Source of the DNA: an uncultured Acidobacteriota bacterium | Lineage (GTDB): Bacteria; Acidobacteriota; Thermoanaerobaculia; Multivoradales; SZUA-115 | Direction of reading: 5' to 3' | Length of the DNA: 64,000 nt | NCBI GenBank assembly: GCA_963805975.1 | Contig: CAWDVR010000002.1 | Span: 608,001 to 672,000, forward strand | Shown here: positions 8,337 to 20,818 of the stretch, piece by piece | How the letters are laid out: the number at the start of each line of letters is the position of its first letter | How positions within the stretch are numbered: the first letter of the stretch is position 1 | Program-made: the position numbers and the translations under genes | Notes under the pieces: model-generated | Seen by the model: only the letters and a program-made list of their open reading frames with translations | The model's database searches: none | Told to the model about the DNA's origin: nothing

Positions 8337-10064
8337 CTACTCCCCCAGCCCCAGCTCCTTGACCTTGCGGTAGAAGGTGCTGCGTGGCAGCTCGAGCAGC
8401 TCCATGGCGCGGGCCGAGTCGCCCTCGGCGGCGGCCAGGGCCACCTGTAGGGCCTGGCGCTCGGCGGCGGCCACGGCGTCGTCGAAGCGGAAGCTGGCCG
8501 CCGCCGCGCCGCTGCCCCGGCCCTGCTGCACGCGCCGGGAGAGGTGAGGCAAATCCAGCGCCTCGCTGCCTTCGAGCAACAGCGTCGCCTTGGCGATCTC
8601 GTTCTCGAGCTCGCGCACGTTGCCGGGCCAGTCGTAGCGCACCAGGGCGCCGAGCGCCGGGCGCCGGATGCCCCGGCTCGAGAGGCCGTTCTTGCGCAGC
8701 TCGCGATGGAAGAAGTGCGACGCGAGGGCCGGGATCTCCGGGCGCCGTTCGCGCAGCGGCGGCACCTCGACCTCGAAGGCGGCGAGCCGGTGGTAGAGGT
8801 CGAGACGGAAAGCCTTCTCCTCGACCAGGGCCGGCAGGCGGCGGTTGGTGGCGGCGACGAAGCGCACGTCGACCTCGACCGGCGCCCTGCCGCCGACGCG
8901 GTAGAGCCGCGTGTTCTCGAGCACCCGCAGCACCTTGGCCTGGGTCTCGAGCGCCATGTCTCCGATCTCGTCCAGGAAGACCGTGCCGCCGGCCGCCCGT
9001 TCGAGCAGCCCCGGCCGGGCCTCGACGCCGGTCGCGACCCCGCGCTCGATGCCGAAGAGCTCCGCTTCGAGGAGGTCGCGCGGCAGGGCGGCGCAGTTGA
9101 CCGCCAGGAACGGCCCCCGCGCCCGCCGGGACTGTTCGTGGACGAAGCGGGCGAGCACCTCCTTGCCCACGCCGGACTCGCCCAGGATCAGCACCGACAC
9201 GTCGCCGCGCGCCACCTTGGCCACTTGCTTGTAGAGCGCGGCCATGGCCGAGGCCACCGCCGGGGCGCGCGGCTCGGCGGCGGCCTCGGCATCTTCCTGC
9301 CGCCGTGGCACGCGGACGGCGCGCGGCGCCTCGAACGCGGCGAGGAGCGCCAGGGCGAGGCGCAGGAGAGGTTCGAGGGGCTCCAGGGCTCGCGGTTCGG
9401 CGAGCCGCAGGCGGAGCTTCCAACCGCTCTCCCCCGCCACCTCGTGCGTGTGGCTCTCGCGGCCGGCGCGCGGCGACGAGGCGGCGGCGATCACCTCGTC
9501 TTCGCCAGCCGTGGCCCGGAGGATCTCGGCACGGGTGAGGGGCAGGATCAGGAGCCAGTCTTTGAGCAGCACGGCGCCGGCTTCCCCCGCCGAGGAACCG
9601 GCGGGAAGCCCCTCGGCCAAGCGCTCGAGGCTCGCTGCCAGGGGCCCGACCGGGCCCAGCGCCTCCGTCCGCGGGACGTTGGTCGTCGGATGGCGGGGAT
9701 CGGGCTGGGACTCGGCCGGGCTCCCCAGCAGCACCTGCGCCGCGGCGGCATCGGTCGGTACGAGCATCGCCTCGGCGCCGCCGAAGGCCAGGGTGCTCCA
9801 TCCCGGGGCGCTCGCCCGCCGGATGCGCCTGCCCTGGAGGAAAGTGCCGTTCTTCGACTCGAGATCGGTGACCACCACGCCGCCGTCGGGCAGCACCTCG
9901 AGCCGCGCGTGGCGCCGCGACACGCCGGAATGGGCGAGCACCACGTCACAGGTGGGCGCCGAGCCCACCACGTGGGTGCCCGGCTCGAGCACGAAGCGCT
10001 GCACCGAGCCGCCGTCCCCGGCGAGGATCTTGAGGTGATAGGCGGGCGAGGGGTCGCTGCGCAT
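8337..10064 (-). CDS. FHA-domain sigma54-dependent Fis-family activator
   Basis: FHA motifs (VSRRHA, SKNGT); AAA+ motifs GESGVGKE, FLDEIG and WPGNVRELEN; C-terminal HTH (LPRSTFYRK). Confidence 0.9.
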   Translation of the reverse strand: MRSDPSPAYHLKILAGDGGSVQRFVLEPGTHVVGSAPTCDVVLAHSGVSRRHARLEVLPDGGVVVTDLESKNGTFLQGRRIRRASAPGWSTLAFGGAEAMLVPTDAAAAQVLLGSPAESQPDPRHPTTNVPRTEALGPVGPLAASLERLAEGLPAGSSAGEAGAVLLKDWLLILPLTRAEILRATAGEDEVIAAASSPRAGRESHTHEVAGESGWKLRLRLAEPRALEPLEPLLRLALALLAAFEAPRAVRVPRRQEDAEAAAEPRAPAVASAMAALYKQVAKVARGDVSVLILGESGVGKEVLARFVHEQSRRARGPFLAVNCAALPRDLLEAELFGIERGVATGVEARPGLLERAAGGTVFLDEIGDMALETQAKVLRVLENTRLYRVGGRAPVEVDVRFVAATNRRLPALVEEKAFRLDLYHRLAAFEVEVPPLRERRPEIPALASHFFHRELRKNGLSSRGIRRPALGALVRYDWPGNVRELENEIAKATLLLEGSEALDLPHLSRRVQQGRGSGAAAASFRFDDAVAAAERQALQVALAAAEGDSARAMELLELPRSTFYRKVKELGLGE

Positions 10065-10174
10065 CTCGCAACCATAACGCGCGGGCGCCCGGCGTGTAAC
10101 ATTGCGCCCCCGAAAGCCCGTACCGCTCGTCCGGGCGCCGTCCGACGACAAGAACTTCCGAGGAGCTCCGCCCG

Positions 10175-11290
10175 ATGAATGATGTGCGCGCCGCCAAGCT
10201 GGCCGAAACCCTGGTCCACTACTCCTGCGCCCTGGTCCCCGGTGAGAAGGTGCTGATCGAGTCCTTCGACGCGCCCGTGACTTTCGTCAGCCAGCTGGTC
10301 CGCGCCGCCGCCGCAGCCGGTGCCCATCCGCTGGTGCAGCTCAAGAGCCAGGCCGTACTGCGCGAGCTGCTGCTCGCGGCCGACCCCGCGCAGCTCCGGG
10401 TGATGGCCGAGGCGGAGGCGGTCACCATGTCGCAGGTCGACGCCTATATCGGCGTGCGGGGCGGGGAGAACGTGGCAGAGCTCGCCGATGTGCCGGCCGA
10501 GAAGATGCGGCTCTACGAGTCGCTGGTGTTTCGCCCCGTGCACCTCGAGCTGCGCGTCAAGCGCACCCGCTGGGTGATCCTGCGCTGGCCCACGGCGGCG
10601 ATGGCACAGCTCGCCGGCAGCTCGACCTACGCCTTCGAGGAGTTCTTCTTCCGCGTCTGCACGCTCGACTACGCCCGCATGTCGCGCGCCCTGGTGCCGC
10701 TCAAGGAGCTGATGGAAGCCACCGACCGCGTGCGGCTGGTGGCGCCCGGCACGGACTTGCGCTTCAGCATCCGCGGCATCCCGGCGGTGCCCTGCGACGG
10801 CCGTAGCAACCTGCCCGACGGCGAGGTGTTCACGGCGCCGGTGGCGGACAGCATCGAGGGCACGATCCGCTACAACGCGGCCTCGATCTACCGCGGCATC
10901 CTGCACGAGAACGTGACCTTCCGCTTCGAGCGCGGGCGCATCGTCGAGGCCGGCAGCAGCAACCCGCGGCACCTGGCGGAGATCCTCGACAGCGACGCCG
11001 GGGCGCGGTCGATCGGCGAGTTCGCCATCGCCTTCAACCCGCACATCACCTCGCCGATCAAGGACATCCTCTTCGACGAGAAGATCGCCGGCAGCATCCA
11101 CCTGACGCCGGGCAACAGCTACGACGAGGCCTCGAACGGCAACCAGAGCCAGGTGCACTGGGACCTGGTGCTGATGATGGCCCCCGAGCACGGCGGCGGC
11201 GAGATCTGGTTCGACGACCGTCTGGTGCGGAAGGACGGAAGGTTCGTGCTGCCGGAGCTCGCGGGGCTCAATCCCGAGAACCTGGTGTAA
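10175..11290 (+). CDS. Aminopeptidase, M29 family (thermophilic metalloprotease)
   Basis: Motifs NLPDGEVFTAP, IGEFAI, FDEKIAGSIH and VHWD. Confidence 0.92.
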   Translation: MNDVRAAKLAETLVHYSCALVPGEKVLIESFDAPVTFVSQLVRAAAAAGAHPLVQLKSQAVLRELLLAADPAQLRVMAEAEAVTMSQVDAYIGVRGGENVAELADVPAEKMRLYESLVFRPVHLELRVKRTRWVILRWPTAAMAQLAGSSTYAFEEFFFRVCTLDYARMSRALVPLKELMEATDRVRLVAPGTDLRFSIRGIPAVPCDGRSNLPDGEVFTAPVADSIEGTIRYNAASIYRGILHENVTFRFERGRIVEAGSSNPRHLAEILDSDAGARSIGEFAIAFNPHITSPIKDILFDEKIAGSIHLTPGNSYDEASNGNQSQVHWDLVLMMAPEHGGGEIWFDDRLVRKDGRFVLPELAGLNPENLV

Positions 11291-11305
11291 GGGGCGTCCG
11301 TCCCC

Positions 11306-11368
11306 CAGGTCCTTCGCTGCGCTCAGGATGACAAATGCGCTGTCATCCTGAGCGCAGCGAAGGATCTG
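11306..11368. repeat. REP-like inverted pair (GTCATCCTGAGCGCAGCGAAGGATC family)
   Basis: caggtccttcgctgcgctcaggatgaca ... tgtcatcctgagcgcagcgaaggatctg forms a near-perfect long hairpin between convergent genes. Confidence 0.85.
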
Positions 11369-11401
11369 GGCGGGGCGCAGGTCTCCCCGCTACGTTAGCG
11401 A

Positions 11402-11520
11402 CCCTCACCCCAGCCCTCTCCCGCACGCGGGAGAGGGAGCCAGAGAAGGAAGGCTGCTTCCGGCTTCCGATCCCCTCGCCCCGCGCGAAGCGGGGAGAGG
11501 GTTAGGGTGAGGGTGAGGGG
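11402..11520. repeat. Palindromic repeat element (CCCTCACCCCAGCCCTCTCCC...GGGAGAGGG family)
   Basis: Terminal inverted repeats ccctcacccc..ccctctccc / gggagaggg..gggtgaggg with internal hairpins; a similar copy lies at 23422-23539. Confidence 0.85.
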
Positions 11521-11533
11521 CGGTCGCGGTACC

Positions 11534-14875
<3,342 letters not shown>

Positions 14876-14882
<7 letters not shown>

Positions 14883-15478
14883 CGAGAACCTCCCGTTCGT
14901 AGCTCGATTCGATTCGCGAGATCCACCGCTTCACCCGGCGGGGAAGCCGCCAGGCGCTCGATCATCTCGGCCGGCTCTGCTCCCACCTGGAGCAGGGCCC
15001 GTTGCTCCGCGCGCAAGAATCCTTCGGTCACCAGCCGGTCGAGAAAGGTGACGAGAGGGCGGAAAAAGCCGTCGACGTCCAGCAGTCCGACCGGCTTGGC
15101 GTGCAGGCCGAGCTGCCGCCAGGTCCAGATCTCGAACAGCTCGTCGAGGGTGCCGATGCCGCCCGGCAAGGCCAGGAAACCGTCCGCCAGCCGCGCCATG
15201 AGCGCTTTGCGCTCGTGCATGGAGCCCACGACGTGCAGCTCGGAGAGACCACCATGGCCCACCTCGCGTTCGGAGAGGTGGCCGGGGATGACGCCGATCA
15301 CCTCACCCCCGGCCGCCAGCACGGCATCCGCCACCACACCCATCAATCCCACCCTGCCGCCCCCGTAGACCAAGCCGATGCCGCGCTCGGCGAGGAGCGT
15401 CCCTGTCTGCCGGGCCGCCTCGCTGAAGGTGGGCTTGGCCCCGTGATTCGAGCCGCAGAAGACACACAGGCGTTTCAT
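14876..15478 (-). CDS. LOG family protein (TIGR00730 Rossmann fold)
   Basis: Motifs CVFCGS, LVYGGG, SMHERK and PGGIGTLDE. Confidence 0.93.
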
Positions 15479-15690
15479 CGTAAGTGGTTGGAACAGCAGG
15501 GCCAATGACCCGATAGACAGCGGCCCCCGAAAGTCCGGGCAGGCTACTACAACCATCGGAAACGGTCAAACCGCGCCGCCTCCGCAAGGGGTTTCGAGCC
15601 GCCGTGCCGCGGCTTCTTTCCCGGGAGTTAAATAGCGATTCGTCGAAGCATTGATTCAGAGGTCGCGCGTGTCCCGGCGGCCGAAACTTC

Positions 15691-15719
15691 TTGCACTAGG
15701 GAAGAAACGGGCTCATCAT
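15691..15719 (+). promoter_or_regulatory. Putative sigma70-type promoter for the peptide/TPR operon
   Basis: TTGCAC-17 nt-CATCAT in an AT-richer intergenic region. Confidence 0.4.
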
Positions 15720-15823
15720 AGAGGCCATTTCCGGTCACTCTCGCTTGGCTCCCTTGCTCTCGGGCCGTCCCGGGACGGAGCGAGCGGGTCGAGCCCCTCT
15801 CTTGCAGTACCTAGGAGGCAGGG

Positions 15824-16135
15824 ATGAGACCCTCGGTTTTCTGTAAGACGTACCGTAATCTGTCGCTGGTATTACTGATCACGGCCGGCCTCCTGCTGGG
15901 CCCGGTGAGCACCGCTTGGGCGCGGCCCCTCGACCTGGCCGGCTCGCCCGGTTGGAGCACGAGCCTGTTCGAGCTGGTGCAAGGGGCCTGGGGCTGGGTC
16001 GAAGGCTTGCTCGGCGATAGAGGTCCCGCCGCCAAGAGCTCTCGCGCCGAGGCTGCGCCGCCGAAGGGTCCGGGTAACACCACGGATGGCGGAGACTGCG
16101 GGCCGGCGCCGGGCCCGGATGGCTGTCCGAAGTAA
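15824..16135 (+). CDS. Small secreted peptide precursor ending ...DGGDCGPAPGPDGCPK
   Basis: AGGAGG RBS, signal peptide (..STAWA), amphipathic 'LFELVQGAWGWVEGLL' segment and a C-terminal two-Cys motif. Confidence 0.7.
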   Translation: MRPSVFCKTYRNLSLVLLITAGLLLGPVSTAWARPLDLAGSPGWSTSLFELVQGAWGWVEGLLGDRGPAAKSSRAEAAPPKGPGNTTDGGDCGPAPGPDGCPK

Positions 16136-16184
16136 ACGATCCCCGAGCGCAGGGTGTCGTAGACCTCAGAGGGAGGTGCGCCAA

Positions 16185-17384
16185 ATGATCGATTCACACC
16201 TCGATCAGGAGACCCTGGGCCCCGAGGCCTACCGCCAGCTTTTCCAGCGGCTGCAGGACGGCCTGCGCCGTCGTGTCGCCGAGATCGGGGCCGAGGTGGA
16301 GTCTGCCGAGCGGCAGCTCGAGCTGCTCCTGGCACTGTCGCCGGGCGAGCAGCTCCTGGTGATCCGCGGGGGCGGTGCCTCGATCTCGCGCGCGCTGGCG
16401 CAGCATCTCCTCGACCTCTGCCGGGAGTGCTGGGTAGCCTCCCCGGCCGAGGCCGAGGGGTTCGCCTACCTCGCCCTCGAGGTCATCGATCAGCTCGACG
16501 GCGCGCAGCCGGCGGTCAGCGACCTGCGCGCCCAGCGCTGGGCGTACCTCGGCAACGCCCGCCGCATCCAGTCCGACTTCCGTTCCGCCGAAGACGCCTT
16601 CACTCTCGCCAGATCCTTCCTCGATGTGGGCTCGAGCGACCTCCTGCTGCGCGCCGAGATCTTCGACCTCGAAGCCTCGTTGCGCCAGGACCAGCGCCGG
16701 CTCGACGAGGCCCGGCGGCTGCTCAACCGGGCCGCCAACCTCTATCGCCGCACCGGCGACGACCATCGCCTCGGCAGGGTGATGATGAAGCAGGCCATGT
16801 TGACCAACGACGCCGGTCACCCGGATCTCGCCATCGGACTGCTGCGCCAGGCTTCCGACCTGATCGATACCGAGCGCGAGCCCCGGCTGCGCAACACCGT
16901 GATCCAGCAGCTCGTCTACCTGCTGCGCGAGGCTGGGCGCCAGCCCGAGGCCATCGCCCTCCTGCCGCAGGCCCGTGCGGCCGTGGCGCAGTTCGGCACC
17001 CGTTCCGACGCGTTGCGGCTCTCGTGGACCGAGGCGTTGCTCGCCGCCGACCTCGGCAACTGGGCCGAGGCCGAGCATGCGTTCCGGGAGGTGAGGAGCG
17101 GCTTTATCGAGGAGGGCATCGGCTACGACGCGGCCCTGGTGTCTCTGGACCTCGCGCACCTCTACCTGTCGCGAGGCCGCACCGCCGAGACCCGCCGGCT
17201 GGCGGCCGAGATGCTGCCCATCTTCCAGTCGCGCGACATCCACCGCGAGGCGCTGGCGGCGCTGATGGTCTTCTACCGGGCGGCCGAGATCGACAGGGTG
17301 ACGACCTCGATGATCGAGCAGATCGCGGCCTGCGTGCGGCGCATCCGGCCGTCGCAGCCGGTGCGCGCCGAACGTCCGTCGTAG
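16185..17384 (+). CDS. TPR-repeat protein
   Basis: GGAGGT RBS; helical repeats 'WAYLGNARRIQSDF..AE.AF'; C-terminal GIGYDAALVSLDLA...EMLPIFQSRDIHREALAAL. Confidence 0.8.
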   Translation: MIDSHLDQETLGPEAYRQLFQRLQDGLRRRVAEIGAEVESAERQLELLLALSPGEQLLVIRGGGASISRALAQHLLDLCRECWVASPAEAEGFAYLALEVIDQLDGAQPAVSDLRAQRWAYLGNARRIQSDFRSAEDAFTLARSFLDVGSSDLLLRAEIFDLEASLRQDQRRLDEARRLLNRAANLYRRTGDDHRLGRVMMKQAMLTNDAGHPDLAIGLLRQASDLIDTEREPRLRNTVIQQLVYLLREAGRQPEAIALLPQARAAVAQFGTRSDALRLSWTEALLAADLGNWAEAEHAFREVRSGFIEEGIGYDAALVSLDLAHLYLSRGRTAETRRLAAEMLPIFQSRDIHREALAALMVFYRAAEIDRVTTSMIEQIAACVRRIRPSQPVRAERPS

Positions 17385-17441
17385 CGCCGGGCGACTCCGG
17401 CTCGCCACCCTCCTCGTCACGGGGCCTATACTTACGCCTCG

Positions 17442-19880
17442 ATGGCGCCCCGTTTCGACTTTGACACCCTGCGGCTCGACCTCTCGGTCGCCGACCTCCT
17501 GGAACAGCGGCTCCTCGCGAGCCTCGGCTTCGCCAACCGCGGCGGCTACGAGCGTCTGTGGCTGGGCCAGGCGATCCACAGCCGCTACCAACAGCAGGCC
17601 TTGGAGGAGGACCCCACCTACCGGCGCGAGGTCTGTGTCGAGCACACCTTCCAGCACCGCGGCTGGGAGATCCGCGTGCGCGGCCGCATCGACGGCCTGC
17701 GCCGGGACCCCGACGGCATCACCGTGGTCGAGGAGATCAAGTCCGTGCGCCGGGAGGGCGCCCTCGCCCCGGCGGTGCGCGATGTCTACGAACAGCAGGC
17801 CTCGATCTACGCCTGGATGCTCGCCAGGAGGGACGGCCTCGCCGTGCGGCCGGAGCTGGTGCTGATCTCGATCGGCGGCTTCGAGATCGAGCGCCTCGAG
17901 GTCTCCTTCGACGCCGCGACCTTCGAGGCGGCGGTCGTCAAGCGGCTCAACAGCCTGATCCGCACCGCGGAGGGCGAGCGCATGGCGATGCTCGCGCGGC
18001 GCGAGGCGGCCGAGACCCTGGCCTTTCCCTTCTCCGCCGTGCGCCCCGGCCAGGGCGAGATCATGACCGCGGTGGCCACCGCCCTCGAGCAGCGCGATCA
18101 TCTGTTGATCGAGGCCACCACCGGCATCGGCAAGACGGTGGCCGCCCTGCTCCCCGCCCTGCGCTACTGCCTGGCCCACGACAAGCGCCTCTTCGTGCTC
18201 ACCGCCAAGACCTTGCAGCAGGAGATGTCGGTCGCGGTGCTGCGCCTGCTCAACGCCGGCGGCGCGTTCCGCTCGCTCCGATTGAAGGCCAAGGCCAAGA
18301 TGTGCGCCAACGGCGAGGTGCTCTGCCACGAGGAGTACTGCCCCTACGCCCGCGACTACTACGCCAAGCTGGTGACCTCCGGTGTGACCCACCGCCTGCT
18401 CGACGAGCACGCGACCCTCGAGCCGGATGCGGTCTTCGCGGCGGCGAAGGGCGCGGAGGTGTGCCCGTTCGAGGTCAGCCTCGAGCTCTCCGGCCGCGTG
18501 CAGGCGACGGTCTGCGATTACAACTACGCCTTCGACCCCTACGTGGCCTTGACCGAGTTCGGCTCCGAGGCGGACCTCTCGGACGTGGTGCTGGTGATCG
18601 ACGAGATCCACAACCTGGTCGACCGCGGGCGCGGCTACTGGAGCCCGGTGCTGTCGAGCCGTGCCGCGCGGCGTGCCGCCATCGCCTTCCAGGTCGGCCC
18701 GGACCCGATCCACCTGCGCATCGCGAGCCTCTGCGGCAAGCTCGCGGCGCTCGTCGAGCAGGCCACCGACGAGGCGCTCGACGAGCTCGGCAGCGGCCCC
18801 GGCGCCCACGACCGGGCGGGCGAAGAGGCGGTGGTGGCGGCCCTGCCGGCGGAAGAGCTCTGGGCTCTGCGGCCGGCCTTCGACGCCGCCTTCGTCGACT
18901 ACCTGGAGCACCGCCGCGAGACCCGGAGCTTCCGCGCCGAGGACCCGTTCGTCGATCTCTACTTCGAGCTGCTGCGGTTCCTGAACGGGCTGGTGGTCTC
19001 GGACGCTTCCTTCAGCCATGCCGTGGAGCGGAGCGCCGCCACCGGCGACCGGCGGCTCAAGATCCTGTGCCGCGATCCCAGCCGCTTCCTGGGCGCGGTG
19101 CTGGCCCGCACCCACTCGACCATCGGCCTCTCGGCGACGCTGTCGCCGCCGGAGTTTTATCGCGACCTCCTGGGCTTCGAGCCGGCGCGCACCTCTGCGG
19201 TCTCGATCCCCAGCCCCTTCCCCGCGGCCAACCGCCGGATCGTGATCGATCCTTCGGTCGCCACCACCTACCAGGAACGGCCGGCCTACTACGGCATCCT
19301 GGCCCAGCGGCTGGCGGAGTTCGCGGACTCGGTGCCCGGCAACTGCCTGGCGCTCTTCCCCTCCTACGGCTTCCTGGCCGAGGTGGCCGCGCGCCTGCCG
19401 CCCTCGGGCAAGCGCCTGCTCATCCAGCAGCGGGCGGACGGCGACCGCGAGCGCGAGGAGATCCTCGACCACCTGCGGCGCGGCCTCCTTGGCGACCTGC
19501 TGCTCCTGGCGGTGGCCGGCGGCGTGTTCGCCGAGGGCGTGGACTATCCCGGCGACATGCTGCGCGCCGTGGCCGTGGTGGGGCCCTGCCTGCCGGCGCT
19601 CACGCTCGAGCAGCAACTGCTCCGCGAGTACTACGAGGAGCGCTTCGAGCGCGGCTTCGAGTACGCCTACGTGGTGCCGGGGATGACGCGGGTGGTGCAG
19701 GCCGCCGGCCGGCTGATCCGCTCGGCCGAGGACAGCGGGGTGATCGCGCTCTTCGACCGCCGTTTCCTGCTGCGGCCGTACCGCGACCACCTGCCGGCGG
19801 ACTGGGTGCCCGCCGAGGGCCTGCGCACGGTGACCGGGCACCCGGCCCGCGCGGCGCAGGAGTTCTTCCGCCAGCGCTGA
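17442..19880 (+). CDS. DinG/XPD (Rad3)-type Fe-S DNA helicase with N-terminal PD-(D/E)XK nuclease domain
   Basis: Nuclease motifs GRIDGL..EEIKS..QASIY; Walker A ATTGIGKT; Fe-S Cys (MC..LC..YCPY..VCPF); DEIH, SAT and QAAGRLIR. Confidence 0.9.
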   Translation: MAPRFDFDTLRLDLSVADLLEQRLLASLGFANRGGYERLWLGQAIHSRYQQQALEEDPTYRREVCVEHTFQHRGWEIRVRGRIDGLRRDPDGITVVEEIKSVRREGALAPAVRDVYEQQASIYAWMLARRDGLAVRPELVLISIGGFEIERLEVSFDAATFEAAVVKRLNSLIRTAEGERMAMLARREAAETLAFPFSAVRPGQGEIMTAVATALEQRDHLLIEATTGIGKTVAALLPALRYCLAHDKRLFVLTAKTLQQEMSVAVLRLLNAGGAFRSLRLKAKAKMCANGEVLCHEEYCPYARDYYAKLVTSGVTHRLLDEHATLEPDAVFAAAKGAEVCPFEVSLELSGRVQATVCDYNYAFDPYVALTEFGSEADLSDVVLVIDEIHNLVDRGRGYWSPVLSSRAARRAAIAFQVGPDPIHLRIASLCGKLAALVEQATDEALDELGSGPGAHDRAGEEAVVAALPAEELWALRPAFDAAFVDYLEHRRETRSFRAEDPFVDLYFELLRFLNGLVVSDASFSHAVERSAATGDRRLKILCRDPSRFLGAVLARTHSTIGLSATLSPPEFYRDLLGFEPARTSAVSIPSPFPAANRRIVIDPSVATTYQERPAYYGILAQRLAEFADSVPGNCLALFPSYGFLAEVAARLPPSGKRLLIQQRADGDREREEILDHLRRGLLGDLLLLAVAGGVFAEGVDYPGDMLRAVAVVGPCLPALTLEQQLLREYYEERFERGFEYAYVVPGMTRVVQAAGRLIRSAEDSGVIALFDRRFLLRPYRDHLPADWVPAEGLRTVTGHPARAAQEFFRQR

Positions 19881-19967
19881 GATCGCCGGTCAATCTGGCC
19901 GGGCGTGGCGCGGTTCGGCGTCGAAAATGTCATGTAAACATGTGCCGGCCGGGCTGCGTATAGAAAA

Positions 19968-20050
19968 GGCAAGGGAGATGACAAGACAGTCTCCTCGCGG
20001 AACAAACCTCCTCCTTCACCCCGCCCCTCGCTAGGGCGGGGTCTTTTTTT
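19968..20050 (+). ncRNA. Candidate small RNA with anti-SD motif
   Basis: TATAGA -10-like box at 19959-19964, a ggaga...tctcc stem, single-stranded ACCTCCTCCTT and an intrinsic terminator; no ORF. Confidence 0.4.
20018..20050 (+). terminator. Rho-independent terminator
   Basis: accccgccc-ctcgcta-gggcggggt followed by c and T7. Confidence 0.85.
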
Positions 20051-20074
20051 GTACAGGGTCGTGCCAGCGAACAG

Positions 20075-20157
20075 TGGATTCCCGCTTTCGCGGGAATGAC
20101 AGGTGGGGAGCGGCTTTCCTGCGTCTTCGCCATCATTCCCGCGAAGGCGGGAATCCA
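20075..20157. repeat. REP-like inverted pair (GTCATTCCCGCGAAAGCGGGAATCCA family)
   Basis: tggattcccgctttcgcgggaatgac at 20075-20100 and atcattcccgcgaaggcgggaatcca at 20132-20157. Confidence 0.9.
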
Positions 20158-20194
20158 TCCGGTAGTTCCGCGAACCGACCTGCTCCCGTGGCCC

Positions 20195-20779
20195 TCACTC
20201 CTCCGACGGCACCGTCACCACCGAGCCCGGGCGGCCGGTGACCACGCCGCGGCCGGCCAGGCGCTCGATGGCGTTGAGCGCCAGGGTGCGCGCCGCCGCG
20301 GGCCGGCCGGCCTCGTCGCCCACGTCGACCATGATCAGGAGGTGGTGGTCGCCGGACAGCGCCTGCAACTGGTTGAGCTTGCCCCCCACCCAGACCGCTT
20401 CCTCCCCCACCTCGGCGACCGGCACCGGAGCCACCAGCGAGAGCCGGCCCAGGGCCTTGGTGGCATTGCCGTAGCTCTTGCGCGCCTCGACCGGCCCCGG
20501 GAAGCGCCGCACCTCGAGGCTCACGATCTTGTACACGCCGTCGATCGGAGCGCCGAAGCTGCACTTGGCGGAGGTGTCGCCCACCGCGCGGTCGAGGGGG
20601 GTGGCCACGGTGTCGACCGGCATCCCGGCCGCGGCCTCCGCCTCGCGTTGCAGGATCAGATTGCAGGCCTCGATGGGCGGCCTAGTCGGCGCCGGGGGTG
20701 CGGGAGCAGGCTCGGGCTTGCCGCAGGCGGTGAGCAATCCGGCGAGGGCAAGGCCGGTGAGGAGCAGGGCTCTGTGCAT
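20195..20779 (-). CDS. Putative lipoprotein (DUF3558-like)
   Basis: Lipobox LLTAC, Pro-rich linker, two conserved-looking Cys (ACNLIL, KCSF) and VGEEA. Confidence 0.65.
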   Translation of the reverse strand: MHRALLLTGLALAGLLTACGKPEPAPAPPAPTRPPIEACNLILQREAEAAAGMPVDTVATPLDRAVGDTSAKCSFGAPIDGVYKIVSLEVRRFPGPVEARKSYGNATKALGRLSLVAPVPVAEVGEEAVWVGGKLNQLQALSGDHHLLIMVDVGDEAGRPAAARTLALNAIERLAGRGVVTGRPGSVVTVPSEE

Positions 20780-20818
20780 CGTTCCTCCGATCGCGGTTTT
20801 TCCGCTGGCGTGGGCGCG

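Noticed and set aside
11306-11520. CRISPR array
   Set aside because: The repeats are inverted doublets without regular unique spacers, and there are no cas genes.
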